Program-made: the position numbers and the translations under genes
Notes under the pieces: model-generated
What the model was told of the DNA's origin: nothing
The model's input: only the letters and a program-made list of their open reading frames with translations
The model's database searches: none
Shown here: positions 62,952 through 64,000 of the stretch, piece after piece
Layout of the letters: each line of letters opens with the position of its first letter
How positions within the stretch are numbered: position 1 is the first letter of the stretch
NCBI GenBank assembly: GCA_973895155.1
Contig: OZ316895.1
Span: forward strand, 14,886,816-14,950,815
Length of the DNA: 64,000 nt
Source of the DNA: Marsupella aquatica
Taxonomy: Eukaryota > Plantae > Marchantiophyta
Reading direction: 5' to 3'

Positions 62952-64000
62952 CGTACTGATTTTGGGAGCACCCGACTTATAATTTTTTTTATGGCGGCAT
63001 TCTGGAAGACTGCTGAGAGAAGTAGGGGAGTCTCACCCTATCAACGAGAAATGAACACTGTATTGTCATCTCAGGGGTTACACGGTAAGGTAGTCGATAA
63101 TATCATTTACCCCTCGGAGCTTTCGTGAGCATGTGAGAAATTTCTTCTTTCTGATGATATATGGACAGCTTCAAGGATAGTACTTTTGCATGTGACTGAA
63201 CATTTGATCAGCTCATCAGTGGATTGCAATCTGGCAAAGACAACTCACAATCTCACTTGAGGTCCGCTGAAGTTGTTGTGTACCCACTATTCCAAGAAAT
63301 GATTTGCCAGCGTGAGAAGAGTTGGGGCCACAGTTGGTGCTCAGATGGGTACAGATAATTTGAGGGTCCAAACAGCTGAACTCTGTTCAATAAGAATGCG
63401 TGACTGCTAATGACCTGCACGAAGAGGTATAGTTTTTATAAGTTGCGGAATAATTCCATGGAGAATACTCATTCTAGCGAAGTTCCGCCAAGTAAGGGAA
63501 GGTCAGGAATAGTCTGCGCTCTAAAACAATTGCTCCATAACTCGGGACAGGAATGAACCAAGAATGGAGAAAGTCATCAGTTGAAAACTGCTTGACTACC
63601 ACATCTCCTACAGTCACTTGTTGTTCAAATCTAAACTCCTTCTCACAATCTAAATAGAAGGATCCCAAATCCAACTTCTTTTGATTTTGTCTAAGGACTG
63701 CATTGGAGCTAGGAGGATCTTAGATTACTCCCGTCGCTGAATCAAAACATGAGGAATTGAAAGGAGCATTGGGTTTCCTTTTTTCCCTTGTGGAAGATAT
63801 TGAGCTAGGAGGATATTGTGCAACGCACAGGCTAGTGTATAATCAAACAAACCTCAATAGTTGCCTCTTGGTCTTCTCTGTCCGAAGGTTTGTTACAATA
63901 CCCGTGTTGATGTGAGAGAATAGGCCATAACTCAGTTTGCGTACATAGGATTGTATTTTGTATGGATTCTGATGGAAAGGATGAAGCTAAAGTTATCCAA

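Noticed and set aside
63255-64000. Possible 3' end of a convergent - strand gene
   Set aside because: An acceptor-like site and a ~53-codon frame exist, but no protein similarity was recognised and the window ends.

Overview
Eukaryotic nuclear DNA from a land plant, most likely a non-seed plant such as a bryophyte (inferred from gene content, short introns and TE lineages). It holds three apparently intact multi-exon RNA-metabolism genes: an RBM28/NOP4-like multi-RRM nucleolar protein (7.3-13.1 kb, +), mitochondrial-type polynucleotide phosphorylase (37.8-44.4 kb, -), and a CWF19L1/Drn1-like CCCH-CwfJ protein (57.8-63.0 kb, +) containing a U12-type AT-AC intron. The 13-36 kb accessory stretch contains a non-autonomous Helitron-like end, MIR-like hairpins (including a ~220-nt foldback), an unannotated spliced defensin-like gene with TGA at a cysteine position, a rearranged ARIA-like pseudogene, a decayed Bianca-like Ty1/copia element carrying a nested 1.8-kb solo-LTR-like insert with non-canonical AGT...ACT ends, and a full-length CRE-like RLE non-LTR retrotransposon with a 9-bp TSD. 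A ~10.9-kb decayed Helitron (46.3-57.2 kb) has both termini and a nested 244-bp MITE. No wholly new biological system could be established from sequence alone. The best leads are the hairpin/peptide cluster at 18-21.7 kb, the non-canonical LTR and the CRE element. All calls come from reading the sequence by eye; no database searches were run.
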